DNA of 16,794 nucleotides from a virus (lineage: Duplodnaviria > Heunggongvirae > Uroviricota > Caudoviricetes). A program made the translations under genes and the position numbers. Below, in pieces: positions 15,334 to 16,794 of this stretch. The stretch lies in the IMG/VR virus record IMGVR_UViG_2547132127_000011; one strand, given 5' to 3'. Position 1 is the stretch's first letter. The number at the start of each line of letters is the position of its first letter. Below the pieces are notes generated by a model. It saw only the letters and a program-made list of their open reading frames with translations, was not told the origin of the DNA and did not search any database.

Positions 15334-16794
15334 TTATTCATCTTTCGGCGCAGAATGCTGGCGACCAAAAATCACCTCCATCCGCGCACCGCCCAGCATG
15401 CTCTCTCCGGCGACGATTTTACCCTCATATTGCTCGGTGATTTCGCGGGCTACCGCCAACCCTACACCTTGCCCAGGGCGTAAAGTATCAACCCGTTGAC
15501 CACGGTCGAAAATGACCTCTCGCTTGCTTAATGGAATACCGGGGCCATCATCCTCGACCACAATATAGAGATGCTCGTCGGTTTGCCTTGCAGAAATTTC
15601 GACAAACTCGAGGCAATATTTACAGGCATTATCCAGCACGTTGCCCATCACCTCGACAAAATCGTTCTGCTCACCGACAAAGCTGATCTCTGGCGAAATA
15701 TCGAGAGAGATATTGACCCCTTTGCGTTGATACACTTTGTTCAGCGCTGAGGTGAGATTGTCCAGCAGTGGGGCGACCGGATGCAGCTCGCGGCTGAGCA
15801 ATGTCCCGCCGCGCATACTGGCACGATGCAGGTAGTAGCCAATTTGCTGTGAAATGCGGCTGATTTGCTCCAGCATTACCGGCTCAGCATCACTGACGCT
15901 CATCTTTTCACTACGCAGAGAACGCAGCGTACTTTGCAGCACCGCCAGTGGCGTTTTCAGACTATGGGTCAGGTCGGTGAGCGTCGTACGGTATTTGTCG
16001 TAACGTTCGCGTTCACTTTTTAACAATCGGTTCAGGTTTCGTACCAGACTGGTCAGTTCTCGCGTTGTGGCTGGATTGAGCAATTCGCGGTTATGTTCTT
16101 CCAGTTCGCGGACTTCTTTTGCCAGGGCTTCGATGGGGCGTAAACTCCACCAGGCGGCGACCCACAGCAGCGGGATCACTAACAGCAGATTGGCTGAGAG
16201 CACATAGATAAACCAGCTCCAGACCATATAGGAACTTTTTAGCTCCACCGGAATGGTATCCACCACCACAATGGTTAATTTTGGCATCCGCGATGTTGCC
16301 GGGTAGACGTTTACCGCCACCGAGTGGGTCATCTCCGCGTCGTCATCATCTTCCCGCACTTCCTGCAACTGTTGCTGTATCGAATGATCTCCACTCAGCA
16401 AGAGGCTGGTATCGTTAACATCCGCTTCAATTTCATGAAAACCATTCGATTTCAGCCAGTCAGGCTGGATCATTTTCATCAGCCAGGGCACGTCACGTTG
16501 CGCCCATAAAAGCTGCCCGTTCTCATCATAAATTAGCGTCATGGTGGGGCTTTGCTTGTCGATATTTTCGGGTAACTCGACATGCAACTTATTGTTTTCC
16601 CACTGCGCAAGGGTATAGAACAGATTGCTCTCGCCACGTAACAGCCGAAACGTAGTTTTATCGAAACTGACGCTATAACCGATCAGCGCGACCATTCCGT
16701 AGGCAAGCGAAAGCACCAGTACTACCGCTGCCGTTGCCAACAGAAAACGTACCCGCAGCGAGAGCGGGAAAAAAAGACGCAGTAATTTTTTCAT
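15334..16794 (-). CDS. phoQ: Sensor histidine kinase PhoQ (PhoP/PhoQ two-component system)
   Basis: 486-aa ORF whose translation ([63 protein letters not shown]...EDDDDAE...[17 protein letters not shown]...) I recognise as E. coli PhoQ, with periplasmic acidic patch, H-box and ATP-binding motifs; complete gene, start codon at the window end. Confidence 0.97.
   Translation of the reverse strand: MKKLLRLFFPLSLRVRFLLATAAVVLVLSLAYGMVALIGYSVSFDKTTFRLLRGESNLFYTLAQWENNKLHVELPENIDKQSPTMTLIYDENGQLLWAQRDVPWLMKMIQPDWLKSNGFHEIEADVNDTSLLLSGDHSIQQQLQEVREDDDDAEMTHSVAVNVYPATSRMPKLTIVVVDTIPVELKSSYMVWSWFIYVLSANLLLVIPLLWVAAWWSLRPIEALAKEVRELEEHNRELLNPATTRELTSLVRNLNRLLKSERERYDKYRTTLTDLTHSLKTPLAVLQSTLRSLRSEKMSVSDAEPVMLEQISRISQQIGYYLHRASMRGGTLLSRELHPVAPLLDNLTSALNKVYQRKGVNISLDISPEISFVGEQNDFVEVMGNVLDNACKYCLEFVEISARQTDEHLYIVVEDDGPGIPLSKREVIFDRGQRVDTLRPGQGVGLAVAREITEQYEGKIVAGESMLGGARMEVIFGRQHSAPKDE

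Noticed and set aside
15317-16509. Plus-strand ORFs 15317..15499 and 16324..16509
   Set aside because: Antisense to phoQ, which is confidently identified.
1-16794. CRISPR array
   Set aside because: No regularly spaced 25-40 bp direct repeats; the only periodic repeats are the 10-bp phased pentamers and the 7-8 bp iterons.

Overview
The window is an Enterobacteriaceae (E. coli-type) chromosomal segment carrying a roughly 15.2 kb integrated satellite-like island (window start to about 15220), followed by a complete phoQ sensor-kinase gene on the minus strand (15334..16794). The island runs, all on the plus strand: P4-type tyrosine integrase, AlpA-family regulator, a chain of translationally coupled small genes, a P4-family primase/helicase with a dense iteron cluster downstream, more small genes bracketed by duplicated terminators, then an HK97-type head and packaging module (major capsid, prohead protease, portal, head-closure, head-tail connector, HNH endonuclease, small and large terminase). 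No tail, baseplate or lysis genes are present. From memory, this architecture matches the capsid-forming phage-inducible chromosomal islands (cf-PICIs), which build their own small capsids and hijack helper-phage tails. The capsid gene appears inactivated twice: a complete IS1 (768 bp, perfect 9-bp target duplication) sits in codons 2-4, and there is an in-frame TGA where HK97-family capsids have a conserved Trp. A TTGTT/AACAA motif phased at 10 bp recurs at three places (int-alpA spacer, upstream of the capsid gene, island right end). All calls rest on reading the sequence and recalled family signatures; no searches were run.
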